64,000 nucleotides of DNA, from contig CAWJJY010000007.1 in the NCBI GenBank assembly GCA_963843385.1, forward strand, positions 132,244 to 196,243, read 5' to 3'. The notes beneath the pieces are model-generated. The model searched no databases. It was given only the letters and a program-made list of their open reading frames with translations, and was not told the origin of the DNA. Shown in pieces: positions 30,182-39,192 of the stretch; the first letter of the stretch is position 1; each line of letters begins with the position of its first letter. The stretch comes from an uncultured Acidobacteriota bacterium (GTDB lineage: Bacteria; Acidobacteriota; Vicinamibacteria; Vicinamibacterales; JAKQTR01). Position numbers and translations under genes: made by a program.

Positions 30182-31126
30182 TCAATCCTTCTTCAATGCC
30201 TTGACGAAGGCTTCCGCTTCGGTCGCGTCGGCCGTACCCGGCGCCGTCGCGATGACCTGCTGGAAGTACTGAAGGGCCTGGTCGGTATCACCCTTGCTGG
30301 CCGCGCACTTGCCGAGGCCGAGCTTTGCGGCGGAGGAGTCCGGCCTTGCCGCCAGGGCCGACGTGAACCGCGCCACGGACTCATCGACTTTCCCGGCGGC
30401 GAAGTACACGGCGCCCAGGGTGATGGTGGCCTCGAAGGCGAGGGGATCGGTCAATTCGGGCTTCAGCTTCAGGCCCGTCTCGAACGCGGTAATCGCCTTG
30501 GGGTACTGTTTGGCGTCGACATAGGCTCCCCCGAGCTGGAACAGGAACTTGGGCTGGTTGGGTGCCATCGCCGAGGCCTTCTCGAGTTCGGCGATCGCGT
30601 CATCCGGACGCTTCACACGCAAGTAGGCGAGGGCGAGGTTCACGTGAACCTCGGGGGCGTCCGGCGCCTTTCTGACTGCCTCTTCGAACGAGGCGACCGC
30701 CGCCTGGTTGTCGCCCGCGTTGAACGCGGCGATCCCTTTGGCGAATTCCTCCGCCCCGGGCGGCGCCGCTTTCACCAGCTTGAAGGTGAAGCGCTTGTCC
30801 ATGCCGGCGCTCAGCTTCAGCTTGTTGCGAATGGGCTGGTAGCCCGCTTTTTCGACGACGAATTCGTACTCGATGGCTTTGAGCCCGCGGCGATAGAACC
30901 TGCCGCTCTTGTCACTTTGAAAGATCGTCTCCGTGCCTCGTTCCAGATCTTTCAGCCGCAGCGACACGCCTTCGAGCGGGGCCCCGGCCTCATCGGTGAC
31001 CGTGCCCGTGATGACGGCCAGTTCCATCTGGCCGGAGGCCACGGTGGCGCCAAGCGAGAGCGCCACCGCGGCCATCACAACGACGACACCGAGCAGTATC
31101 GAACGACGTACGCAGAATCCGGCCAT
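30182..31126 (-). CDS. Secreted protein with carboxypeptidase-regulatory-like domain and TPR repeats
   Basis: Signal peptide; 'ITGTVTDEAGAPLEG'; TPR-like helices 'HVNLALAYL', 'FQLGGAYV'. Confidence 0.85.
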   Translation of the reverse strand: MAGFCVRRSILLGVVVVMAAVALSLGATVASGQMELAVITGTVTDEAGAPLEGVSLRLKDLERGTETIFQSDKSGRFYRRGLKAIEYEFVVEKAGYQPIRNKLKLSAGMDKRFTFKLVKAAPPGAEEFAKGIAAFNAGDNQAAVASFEEAVRKAPDAPEVHVNLALAYLRVKRPDDAIAELEKASAMAPNQPKFLFQLGGAYVDAKQYPKAITAFETGLKLKPELTDPLAFEATITLGAVYFAAGKVDESVARFTSALAARPDSSAAKLGLGKCAASKGDTDQALQYFQQVIATAPGTADATEAEAFVKALKKD

Positions 31127-31155
31127 AGACCCGTGGACCTCTCGTCAGTTGATCG

Positions 31156-34128
31156 TCAGAAGCGAACGCGAATGCCGAACTGCATCTGCCGCGGGAACTG
31201 GGCGGCGACGAACTTGTTGAACAGCGCCGATGACCGGTTCCCGGTCGGCGCCACGTAATTGACGTGGTTCAGGATGTTGAACACGTCGTAGAAGAGGTCC
31301 ACGCTCTTGAGCACGCGCTTGATCGGGAACTGATACCGGAACGACATGTCGATCAGGAACGAGCCCGGCCCCGGCATCCCGTTGATGACGGCCCGGCCCT
31401 GCGCATCGACCGCCGAGACGATCGGCAGGGTGAGATCGTTGACGCCCTTGATGGGCCGATCGGTGTTGTCGCCGTCCTTGTTGACGTCGGAGCCGACGGT
31501 TTCGTTGATCGGCGCGCCGGAGATCGCGCTGACGACGGTGGCGATGTTCAGCGTTCTCCACGGATTCACGCTCGCGCTCATGGCCAGCACGTGCGTGCGG
31601 TTGGAGGCGAAGGTGCCGTGGTCCACCAGCGGCTCGTTGTCGAGCCAGACGCGACGGGCGTCGGGGCTCCCGAGCCCGGTGAAGGTGCTCTTCTGCAGCG
31701 TGTAGGCGAGGCGCCCGCTCCAGCGGTGCGACATCCGCTTGATGAAGGACACCTGCAGCGACGAGTAGTCACCATTGAACGCCGGGTTCGACTGGTACTC
31801 GAGCACTCTTCCGAAGGCCGTGCCGCGGGCATCGGCCGGAATCAGGCTGCTGGTCGGATCGAAGGCCGCCACGCCAGGCCGCACGGTGTTGACGGGTTCG
31901 TTGATGTCGATCAGGCCGACCTGGTGGCGCGACCGGTTCCCGACGTAGTCGAGGGTCACGGCCGCCGAGTGACCAATCTCCTGGCTGACACCGATGCTCC
32001 AGGAGTCCTGGACCGGCATCCTGCGGCTCGAGCTGTCCAGGTACGGCTGCTTGCTGAAGGTCGCGCCCGACATGATGGACGCGCGCATCGCGGTGAGTTC
32101 CGCGATGCCGGCCGGGCTCAGGCTGGCCACTCCGGGGTTCCCGGCCGAGTCGGCGACCATGACCGGACGCAGCACGGCGCTGTTCGGGTCGGTGACGGTG
32201 ATGGTCGGCATCAGCGTTCGCACCGCATTCTGCAGGAGGTTGATGCCGACCGAAATCGGCATGTAGGCGTAGAAACGGCCCACGCCGCCGCGCACGACCG
32301 TCGTCCCGTTGCCCGTCACGTCCCAGGCGAAGCCGACGCGCGGCGCAATGTCGGCCTTGTCGTTGGGCGTCGCGCTCTGGTGGTCGTACCGGAGGCCGAG
32401 GTTGAACGTCAGCTTGTTGCTCACCCGCCACTTGTCCTCGACAAACGCGTTCATCCGATGGTCAGTCGTCGAGAGCTTCCACGCGTAGGTTTCGGCCGGG
32501 TTGCCGACGGTGATGTCGAATTGAGTCGGGTAGGTGGCCGGATTGTTGGGGTCGTACGGTGCGTCGGTCTTGAACGTGAAGAGGCCCGAGGCGGCCGTCG
32601 CGCGCCATGGCGATTTGTTGCTGCTGAATCCGCCGCCGAGCTTGAAGGTGTGCTCGCCGCCCAACAGGTTCGGCACGAAGTAGCTGAACGAGTCGTCGAA
32701 CGACCACGTCGTGATCCTGGTGTCCAGCGCGCCCTGACCGCCCTTTCCGGTGAGGTAGCTGGGGTGCGAGTTCTGCTGGCCCATGGTGAAGGGGTCCTTG
32801 CCGGCGAACCCCACCCATTTCAGCGAGCTCGCGCCAAGCGTCCAGATGCTGCTGTTGACCGGTTCGAAGAACGCCTGGAAGCCGGTGCCGAGATCCTCGG
32901 TGATCCGTTCGACGCGCAAGACGTTCGACGCGCGATCGCTGAGGACCGACGTGTAGGTCAACCCATGAAGATGGTCCCAGTCACTTTCCCAGGACCGGGC
33001 GTCGGGCGCCGCGTTGTTGATGTTGAAGTTCTCGCCCCGGGTCGGCGCGACCTCGAGGACCCAGCGGTAGCTGACGAAGTTCTTGTCGTTGATCCGCAGA
33101 TCGCCGCGGGCGAAGTAGTTGACGGCCAGCACCTCGAAGGTGCCGACGAAGTCCTTGGCCAACGGCGCGGCGGCAGCCGGGAACTTCTTCAGGCCCCCGG
33201 ACTGCTCGTTGTCGCGCTCGATGGTGGCGTAGAAGAACGCGCGATTCTTGACGATCGGGCCGCCGACGGCGATCCCGGTCTGGAAGGTCAGCTCGTGCGG
33301 CTTCGCCGCGCCGGCCTGTTTGATGAAGTAGTTGGGCGAGTTGAACTTGTCGTTGCGGTAGTAGTTGTACGCGCGGCCCGAGAGCACGTTGGATCCGCCA
33401 ACGGTCACCATGTTGATGATGGCGCCCGCGCCACCGCCGTACTCGGCACTGTACTGGTTCGACAGCACCTGGTATTCCTCGATGTTGTCGAGCACCACGC
33501 GAACCTGCGTCCCCTGGCTGCCGCCCAGGCGGTCGTCATTGTTGTACATGCCGTCGAGCAGGTAGAGATTCGAGATGGCCGGGGTGCCGTTGGCCACGAC
33601 CTGCCCGCCCTCGAAGGACGACTGTGCCGGGTTCGGCGTCATGCCCGGGATGAGCTGGGTCAGCGCCGTGAAGTTGCGGAAGTTCGACGGGATTTCGTCG
33701 ATGTCCTTTCCCGACAGGCTGCCGCCAATCTTGTTGCTGGTGCGCTCGACGAGGGGGACCTCGCCGGTGACGTTCACGACCTCCTTGACGCCGGCCAGCT
33801 GCAGCTTGACGTCGTACACGAGTTCCTTGCCGGCCGTCAGCACGAGATCGGTCTGCTTGACGGGCGCGAACCCGGGCATCTCGACAGCCAGCGTGTAGGT
33901 GCCGCGCTCGAGCGCGGTCAGCTGGAAGGCGCCGTTGCTGGCCGTGACGGCGGTGCGCGAGAAATTGGTGGCCTGCTCGGTCACGGTCACGATGGCGCCC
34001 GGCAGCGCCAGCGCGTCGGCGTCGAGCACCTTGCCGGAAATCGTACCCCGCTGCTGAGCCAGAGCCGGGGCGACCATCGCCGCCAGGCAGAGTAAGACGA
34101 CTAGACTGCGCCGCGAAAAAGCGAGCAT
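31156..34128 (-). CDS. TonB-dependent receptor (Oar-like)
   Basis: AGGAGG RBS; signal peptide; 'GTISGKVLD', plug 'YSAEYGG', 'LTFNLGLRYD'; C-terminal Phe ('FGIRVRF'). Confidence 0.9.
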   Translation of the reverse strand: MLAFSRRSLVVLLCLAAMVAPALAQQRGTISGKVLDADALALPGAIVTVTEQATNFSRTAVTASNGAFQLTALERGTYTLAVEMPGFAPVKQTDLVLTAGKELVYDVKLQLAGVKEVVNVTGEVPLVERTSNKIGGSLSGKDIDEIPSNFRNFTALTQLIPGMTPNPAQSSFEGGQVVANGTPAISNLYLLDGMYNNDDRLGGSQGTQVRVVLDNIEEYQVLSNQYSAEYGGGAGAIINMVTVGGSNVLSGRAYNYYRNDKFNSPNYFIKQAGAAKPHELTFQTGIAVGGPIVKNRAFFYATIERDNEQSGGLKKFPAAAAPLAKDFVGTFEVLAVNYFARGDLRINDKNFVSYRWVLEVAPTRGENFNINNAAPDARSWESDWDHLHGLTYTSVLSDRASNVLRVERITEDLGTGFQAFFEPVNSSIWTLGASSLKWVGFAGKDPFTMGQQNSHPSYLTGKGGQGALDTRITTWSFDDSFSYFVPNLLGGEHTFKLGGGFSSNKSPWRATAASGLFTFKTDAPYDPNNPATYPTQFDITVGNPAETYAWKLSTTDHRMNAFVEDKWRVSNKLTFNLGLRYDHQSATPNDKADIAPRVGFAWDVTGNGTTVVRGGVGRFYAYMPISVGINLLQNAVRTLMPTITVTDPNSAVLRPVMVADSAGNPGVASLSPAGIAELTAMRASIMSGATFSKQPYLDSSSRRMPVQDSWSIGVSQEIGHSAAVTLDYVGNRSRHQVGLIDINEPVNTVRPGVAAFDPTSSLIPADARGTAFGRVLEYQSNPAFNGDYSSLQVSFIKRMSHRWSGRLAYTLQKSTFTGLGSPDARRVWLDNEPLVDHGTFASNRTHVLAMSASVNPWRTLNIATVVSAISGAPINETVGSDVNKDGDNTDRPIKGVNDLTLPIVSAVDAQGRAVINGMPGPGSFLIDMSFRYQFPIKRVLKSVDLFYDVFNILNHVNYVAPTGNRSSALFNKFVAAQFPRQMQFGIRVRF

Positions 34129-34510
34129 CGGACGCCTCCTCAGAGAATTCACTGACCTTCGGGGGACTAATGCCTCATGCGAATCTGGACATGCGCGAAA
34201 AGGTGGCGTGAAGGGACCCCCTCCGCCACGCTGCCTCGCCAACAGCCCCTCGGGCCCCGGCCGGAGAGAACCCCGGCCACCCGATGCCAGGCGGACCCAC
34301 ATTCGGGGCGGCGTGGCAGTCGAGACGGTGCGCCCCGGCTACAGGCCCGCCAGGCGGGCCCACGGGCGCACACGAGTCCCGCCGGATCCAGTTCCACAGG
34401 GCGCTGCGACCACGTGAGGTCGTCAGTTCGTGCGGGCGATCTGCCGGGACCTTGGAGGACCTTGATTGACGAATGCAGCGTGAGGCTAACACGGAAGGCT
34501 CCGGCCGGAT

Positions 34511-34549
34511 TGTCAAACGATGTCTGTGGAATGTCTCCGAAATGTCTCC
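34511..34549. promoter_or_regulatory. TGTC direct repeats at 10-11 bp period (winged-helix regulator site candidate)
   Basis: TGTC at 34511, 34521, 34532 and 34543 in the divergent TBDR/NHL intergenic region. Confidence 0.4.
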
Positions 34550-34888
34550 CTGCGACGGACACGACCGCCGGGCGGCACCGGCACCATCGTCGCGGAACAG
34601 TCGGGGCCGAAGCGGGAGCTTCGTCCTGTTGGCGTCACGCGAGATCGGGCGCCGCACTTTTTACTTCTTGTTACATGACATCGTCGCTGCGGCGGCGATA
34701 ATCGGCCCGACAGTAGCCAGACAACGAAGCGCGCAGTGTCCGGGGCGGCCCGGGCGCCTGTTGAGTCGGGGCGCCCGAGGCCAGGTGTGCAAGCGTCGCG
34801 TGCGCGTCCACGTCGCAGGGCGCGCCGCGGCGGCCGGCCCCGCCGGTGACCGTCGAATAGTTCGGCCCGAATCTCGAAAGGACTGCCC

Positions 34889-35974
34889 ATGAAGCGTCTC
34901 GCAATCGTCCTGCTCCTTGTCGTCGTGGCCGCCGTGTACGCTCAGCAGGCTCCGCAGTCGGGGCCCCCTGCGCCAACTCCCGAGCAGCAGGCGCGGCTGG
35001 CCAAGCAAGTGGAAGTCGAGAAAACCACGCCGAAGCTCAAAATCAAGGAAGAGGTCCTGCCGCTGGTCGTTCCCGGCCACACGATCGGCGAGGCGACCGG
35101 CGTGGCCAAGGACTCCAAGGGCCACCTCTACATCTTCACGCGCAGCGGCAATGCCGGCCCGGCGCGCGGCGCCACCGCCTCGCAGCTGTTCGAATTCGAT
35201 CAGAACCTCAAGTTCATCAAGCAGTGGGGCGAGGACAATTACGCGGCCTCCTTCGCGCACACGGTCAAGATCGACAAGTACGACAACGTGTGGATGACCG
35301 ACGAGGGGTCGGGCATGATCGTCAAGTTCAATCCGCAGGCGATGGTGACGATGGTGCTCGGCCGGAAGCCGGAAGGCATCGACTACCTCGAGCGCTTCCT
35401 CGAGCGCGGCGAGAAGAACGAGGAACGGCACCCGGTCGGCCGGCCCGGCGTCTTCAACCGCCCGACCGACGTCACCTTCGACACGCAGGACAACGTCTTC
35501 ATCAGCGACGGCTACGGCAATTCGCGGGTGGCGAAGACGACGAAGACGGGCGACTGGGTGAAGGCCGTCGGCACGTGGGGCAGCGGGCCGAACCAGTTCA
35601 ACATCCCGCACGGCATCACCTCGGACGCGAAGGGAAATGTCTACGTGGCGGACCGGGGGAACTGGCGCATCCAGGTGTTCGATCCGGAACTGAATCCGGT
35701 GAGGATCATCGGCAACGTCCGTGCCCCGTGGTCCGTGTGCGTGACGCCCGGCCCGAAGCAGTATCTGTACAGCGGCGATGGCGGAGGGAACATCTACAAG
35801 ATGGACCTCGAGGGGAACATCGTCGGCTGGACCGAATCGGGCCTGCACCACGGCCAGTCCGGCTGCCTGGTTCACGAGCTGTACTGCGAATCGGAGAACG
35901 TGGTCTACAAGGGTGACTGCTCGACCTGGCAGGTCTACAAGATGACCTTCGGCGGCACGGCGGCTGCGAAGTAG
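34889..35974 (+). CDS. Secreted PAL-like NHL-repeat protein
   Basis: AAAGGA RBS; FAHTVKID, SDGYGNSRV, PHGIT, ADRGNWRIQ, VHELYC; close paralog of 488-1579. Confidence 0.87.
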   Translation: MKRLAIVLLLVVVAAVYAQQAPQSGPPAPTPEQQARLAKQVEVEKTTPKLKIKEEVLPLVVPGHTIGEATGVAKDSKGHLYIFTRSGNAGPARGATASQLFEFDQNLKFIKQWGEDNYAASFAHTVKIDKYDNVWMTDEGSGMIVKFNPQAMVTMVLGRKPEGIDYLERFLERGEKNEERHPVGRPGVFNRPTDVTFDTQDNVFISDGYGNSRVAKTTKTGDWVKAVGTWGSGPNQFNIPHGITSDAKGNVYVADRGNWRIQVFDPELNPVRIIGNVRAPWSVCVTPGPKQYLYSGDGGGNIYKMDLEGNIVGWTESGLHHGQSGCLVHELYCESENVVYKGDCSTWQVYKMTFGGTAAAK

Positions 35975-35995
35975 GCGGCGATCGATCTCCTACCG

Positions 35996-36040
35996 GGGGC
36001 GCTCGGCTGCGCTTGCAGCGTTGAGCGCCCCTACTTTTTC
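35996..36040 (+). terminator. Intrinsic terminator-like hairpin
   Basis: GGGGCGCTC...GAGCGCCCC stem followed by TACTTTTT, between convergent genes. Confidence 0.55.
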
Positions 36041-36462
36041 GGCGAGGCGAGGCGCCAGACCACCAATGCCGTCAGCACGCCGACGAGCGCGAGGACCTGT
36101 CGTTCAGTTCCCGGATCGAACGGGTCCGAGGCGACCTTGAGCACGAGCCGCATCCGCGTCCATCCGCCTTTCGCGTAGAGATCTTCGTACATCCTCGTCT
36201 GGAGATCGTGGGCGTTGACGGCTTCGAGGTCGTCCTCCTGGCCCACCGGGAGCGGGCCCGGCAGGACGGGCAGCGCGTTTCCCGGATCGACCGCCCGATT
36301 CACCAGCTTGAGGGCGAGACTCCTGTCGCCCTGGGGCGGCCAGGCCGCGACGATGAACAGCGCGACCGCGACCAGTCCCCACCATTGACCATTGCTTGGG
36401 TGCCACACGCTTCTGGAACCTCCAGGTCGGACGGCACCTATCGTAACGCCGAAACGATCCAC
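36031..36462 (-). CDS. Hypothetical membrane protein
   Basis: Two hydrophobic segments around a soluble loop; start uncertain. Confidence 0.55.
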   Translation of the reverse strand: MDRFGVTIGAVRPGGSRSVWHPSNGQWWGLVAVALFIVAAWPPQGDRSLALKLVNRAVDPGNALPVLPGPLPVGQEDDLEAVNAHDLQTRMYEDLYAKGGWTRMRLVLKVASDPFDPGTERQVLALVGVLTALVVWRLASPKK

Positions 36463-36628
36463 CTCGTCGTGCCGCTCAGGAACGATGCGTCACGGAAACC
36501 CGGGAAAGGCGTGAGGCGGATGGCCGGCGTCGCGCCGCGTGCCCCTCTGCCGGCATCGGGGCACTGGTATATAGAGCAAACGGCTCGGAGATCTCCAACG
36601 CCCCGATTGACGCCTGGCCGAACAGACC

Positions 36629-36657
36629 TTGACATCGCCCGCGGCGGCGGATAAGGT
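36629..36657 (+). promoter_or_regulatory. Sigma70-type promoter of the signalling operon
   Basis: TTGACA-17 bp-TAAGGT. Confidence 0.6.
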
Positions 36658-36663
36658 CGGCTC

Positions 36664-38452
36664 ATCTCACAACATCTTTGGCGCCCCCGTCGGCCTGGTC
36701 CGGTCGCGTATGTCATCGTGGCGCTGCTTGGCGCCGCCATACTCGTGCTGTACCTGGACAGCCAGTCGGTGGCATCGCACGAACATCAGAACAATCTGCT
36801 GCGCCACGAAATCTTCGATCACGTGGCGTCCAATGTCGTGGACGAGATCGACAGCACGTTCGAGGGGCCCGTTTTCGACACGCTGGCCGCCGTCAATCAC
36901 CCTGTCCTGAAAGCGGGCCGGATGGACGTGGTCGCCGGGACCTTCAGCGAGGGGCTGCGAAAATACCCCCAGGTGCAGAGTTTCTTCGTCTGGAACTCGC
37001 TGACCGAATCGCTCCGCCCTGGCGAGGCGCTGTTCTTCGACCGCCGTTCGGCGTCGATCCCGGTTCCGGCTCCGCCGACCGGGCGGGCACCCTCCGCGCT
37101 GAACTCGCGGGTGCTCACGCAGACCCTGGCCGCCTTTCATCGCGATCCGGCGCTGGCAGCCCTCATCAGGGAGGGCGCGGCGCGCCATGCGAGTTCGCAG
37201 CAGATCTACTTCGCGATGGAACGACCGGTCAACGGGACCTACTGCGACATCTTCGCCCGGCTGTTCTGGGTCGATGCGAACCGCAAGCAGTACTTTGCGA
37301 TTCTCGGCTTCGTCGTCGATCTGAAGGAAGTGCACACGACGCTGTTCCCCGAGCTCTACGGCAAGCGGCTCGCCGCGCTGCTTCGCCGCCAGAACGAGCT
37401 GCCCGGCCTCGAGCTGCGCGTGCTCGACGAGGCGGACCGCGTGGTGTTCGGCCCGCCCCTGCCCCTTCCCCCGTTTGCGGGTGAGGCCCGTTTCGCACTC
37501 CAGTTCTACCCGGCCGAAGCCATACGCACGCGGACCTCCACGGGCATCACGGAGCGGACCTGGCGCGTCACGATCAGCCAGCAGCGGGAACACGCGAAGC
37601 ATGCCGGATGGATGCGGCCTCCGCGCTTCCTGCTCTCGGGCCTCTCGGTGGTGCTGATGCTGGTCGCGCTGGCGTTCGTGGTGGTGGGGAACAGGCGGGC
37701 GGGGCAGCTGTCCCGGATGCAGTCGGACTTCGTGTCCCACGTGTCCCATCAGCTCAAGACGCCGCTGTCGGTGTTGAGCGCGGTGTGCGAAACGCTCGGC
37801 CTCGACCGCGCGCACTCGCCACAGAAGCTGAACGAGTACGTCGGGATCGTCCGGCTGGAAACCGACCGGCTGAAGACGCTGGTCGAACGCATCCTCGAAT
37901 TCTCGCGCGCCGACGGGGGCGGCCGCCGGTACGAGTTCGGGCCGGTCGACCTGGTGTCGCTCGTCCGGGAAACGGTCGACGCCTTCTCGCGGCCGCTGGG
38001 CGAGGACGCCGAGGTCCGCGTCGAAGAGACAGGCGGCCGTCCGATCGTGTCCGCCGACGAGGCCGCGCTCGAACAGGTGCTGGCCAACCTCCTCGACAAC
38101 GCGCTCAAGTACTCCGACACGCCGAAGAGGGTCGTGGTCCGCGTCGGGAGCGCGGGCGCCGACGCCACCATTGCCGTGATCGATCACGGCATCGGGATCG
38201 ACGCCCGGGACCGGCGCCGCGTCTTCGAGAAGTTCTACCGCGGGCAGGGCGCCGCGTATTCGCGCAACGGCTTCGGCCTCGGACTGGCGATCGTCAGCCA
38301 GCTCGTCAGGGCCCATCAGGGGACGGTCGAGGTCTCCAGCACCCCCGGCGCTGGCAGTACGTTCACCGTCAGGCTTCCCAGGCTGTCGGAGAGTGCCCGG
38401 GAGAGGAGCCTGGCAACGGCGCCAGCACGCCGGCGTCGAGAGGCTGGCGTGA
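36664..38452 (+). CDS. Membrane sensor histidine kinase (HisKA/HATPase_c); reads through into the regulator as sequenced
   Basis: Two TMs; H-box VSHQLKTPL, NLLDNALKY, DHGIGI, FEKFYR, GFGLGL. A GTGA junction at 38449-38452 suggests a separate gene. Start at ATC36664 or GTG36718. Confidence 0.85.
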
Positions 38453-39159
38453 AGCCCAACGGGGACCTCACCGACGCGCTGCCTCGGATCCTCATCATCG
38501 AGGACGAGCCGGGGATGCGCGTCCTGCTCGCCGACAACCTCGGCTTCGAGGGCTACCAGGTGAGCGCGGTCGCTTCCGCCGAAGAAGGCCTGGCGGAGCT
38601 GCAGGCGCGAATGCCGGCAGTCGTCATTCTCGACGTCAATCTGCCGCGCATGAGCGGATTCGAATTCTGCCGGCAGGTCCGCGCGCGAGGCATCTGGGTC
38701 CCCATCATCATGCTGACCGCGCGCAGCGAGGAATCCGATCGCGTGGTCGGGCTGGATCTCGGCGCCGACGACTACGTGACCAAGCCGTTTCAGGTACGGG
38801 AACTGCTCGCCCGGGTCCGCGCCCAGCTGCGGCGAGGCACCCACGACGCCAGCCCGGCGGGGACGTTCGTGTTCGGCGACGTCACCGTCAACCTGCGGCG
38901 GCGCCTGGTGACCCGACACGGACGGCGCGTGGATCTCTCGGCCCGGGAGTTCGAGCTGCTTCGGTATCTCATTGCGCACCGCGGCGAGGTCGTCGAGCGC
39001 GAGCAGCTGCTGCAGGAAGTGTGGGGGTACAACGGCCTGGTCGTGACGCGGACGGTCGACAACTTCGTCGCCAAGCTGCGGACGCAGCTGGAGCGCAAGC
39101 CTCACGAACCCCGCCACATCATCACCGTGCATGGCAAGGGCTACCAGCTCCTGGTCTGA
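38449..39159 (+). CDS. OmpR/PhoB-family response regulator
   Basis: GAGAGG RBS then GTG; ILIIEDE, ILDVNLP, MLTAR, DDYVTKPF; wHTH 'RTVDNFVAKLR...TVHGKGY'. Confidence 0.9.
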   Translation: MKPNGDLTDALPRILIIEDEPGMRVLLADNLGFEGYQVSAVASAEEGLAELQARMPAVVILDVNLPRMSGFEFCRQVRARGIWVPIIMLTARSEESDRVVGLDLGADDYVTKPFQVRELLARVRAQLRRGTHDASPAGTFVFGDVTVNLRRRLVTRHGRRVDLSAREFELLRYLIAHRGEVVEREQLLQEVWGYNGLVVTRTVDNFVAKLRTQLERKPHEPRHIITVHGKGYQLLV

Positions 39160-39192
39160 AAGAGCCCCCCGCGCGGAACCAGACGCCACCCG

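Noticed and set aside
31264-34095. 943-aa plus-strand ORF (likewise 53195-55882)
   Set aside because: Antisense shadows of the TonB-dependent receptor genes.
34130-34500. Cobalamin or other riboswitch upstream of the TBDR
   Set aside because: GC hairpins are present but I could not find a B12-box or other conserved core; an Rfam/Infernal scan would settle it.
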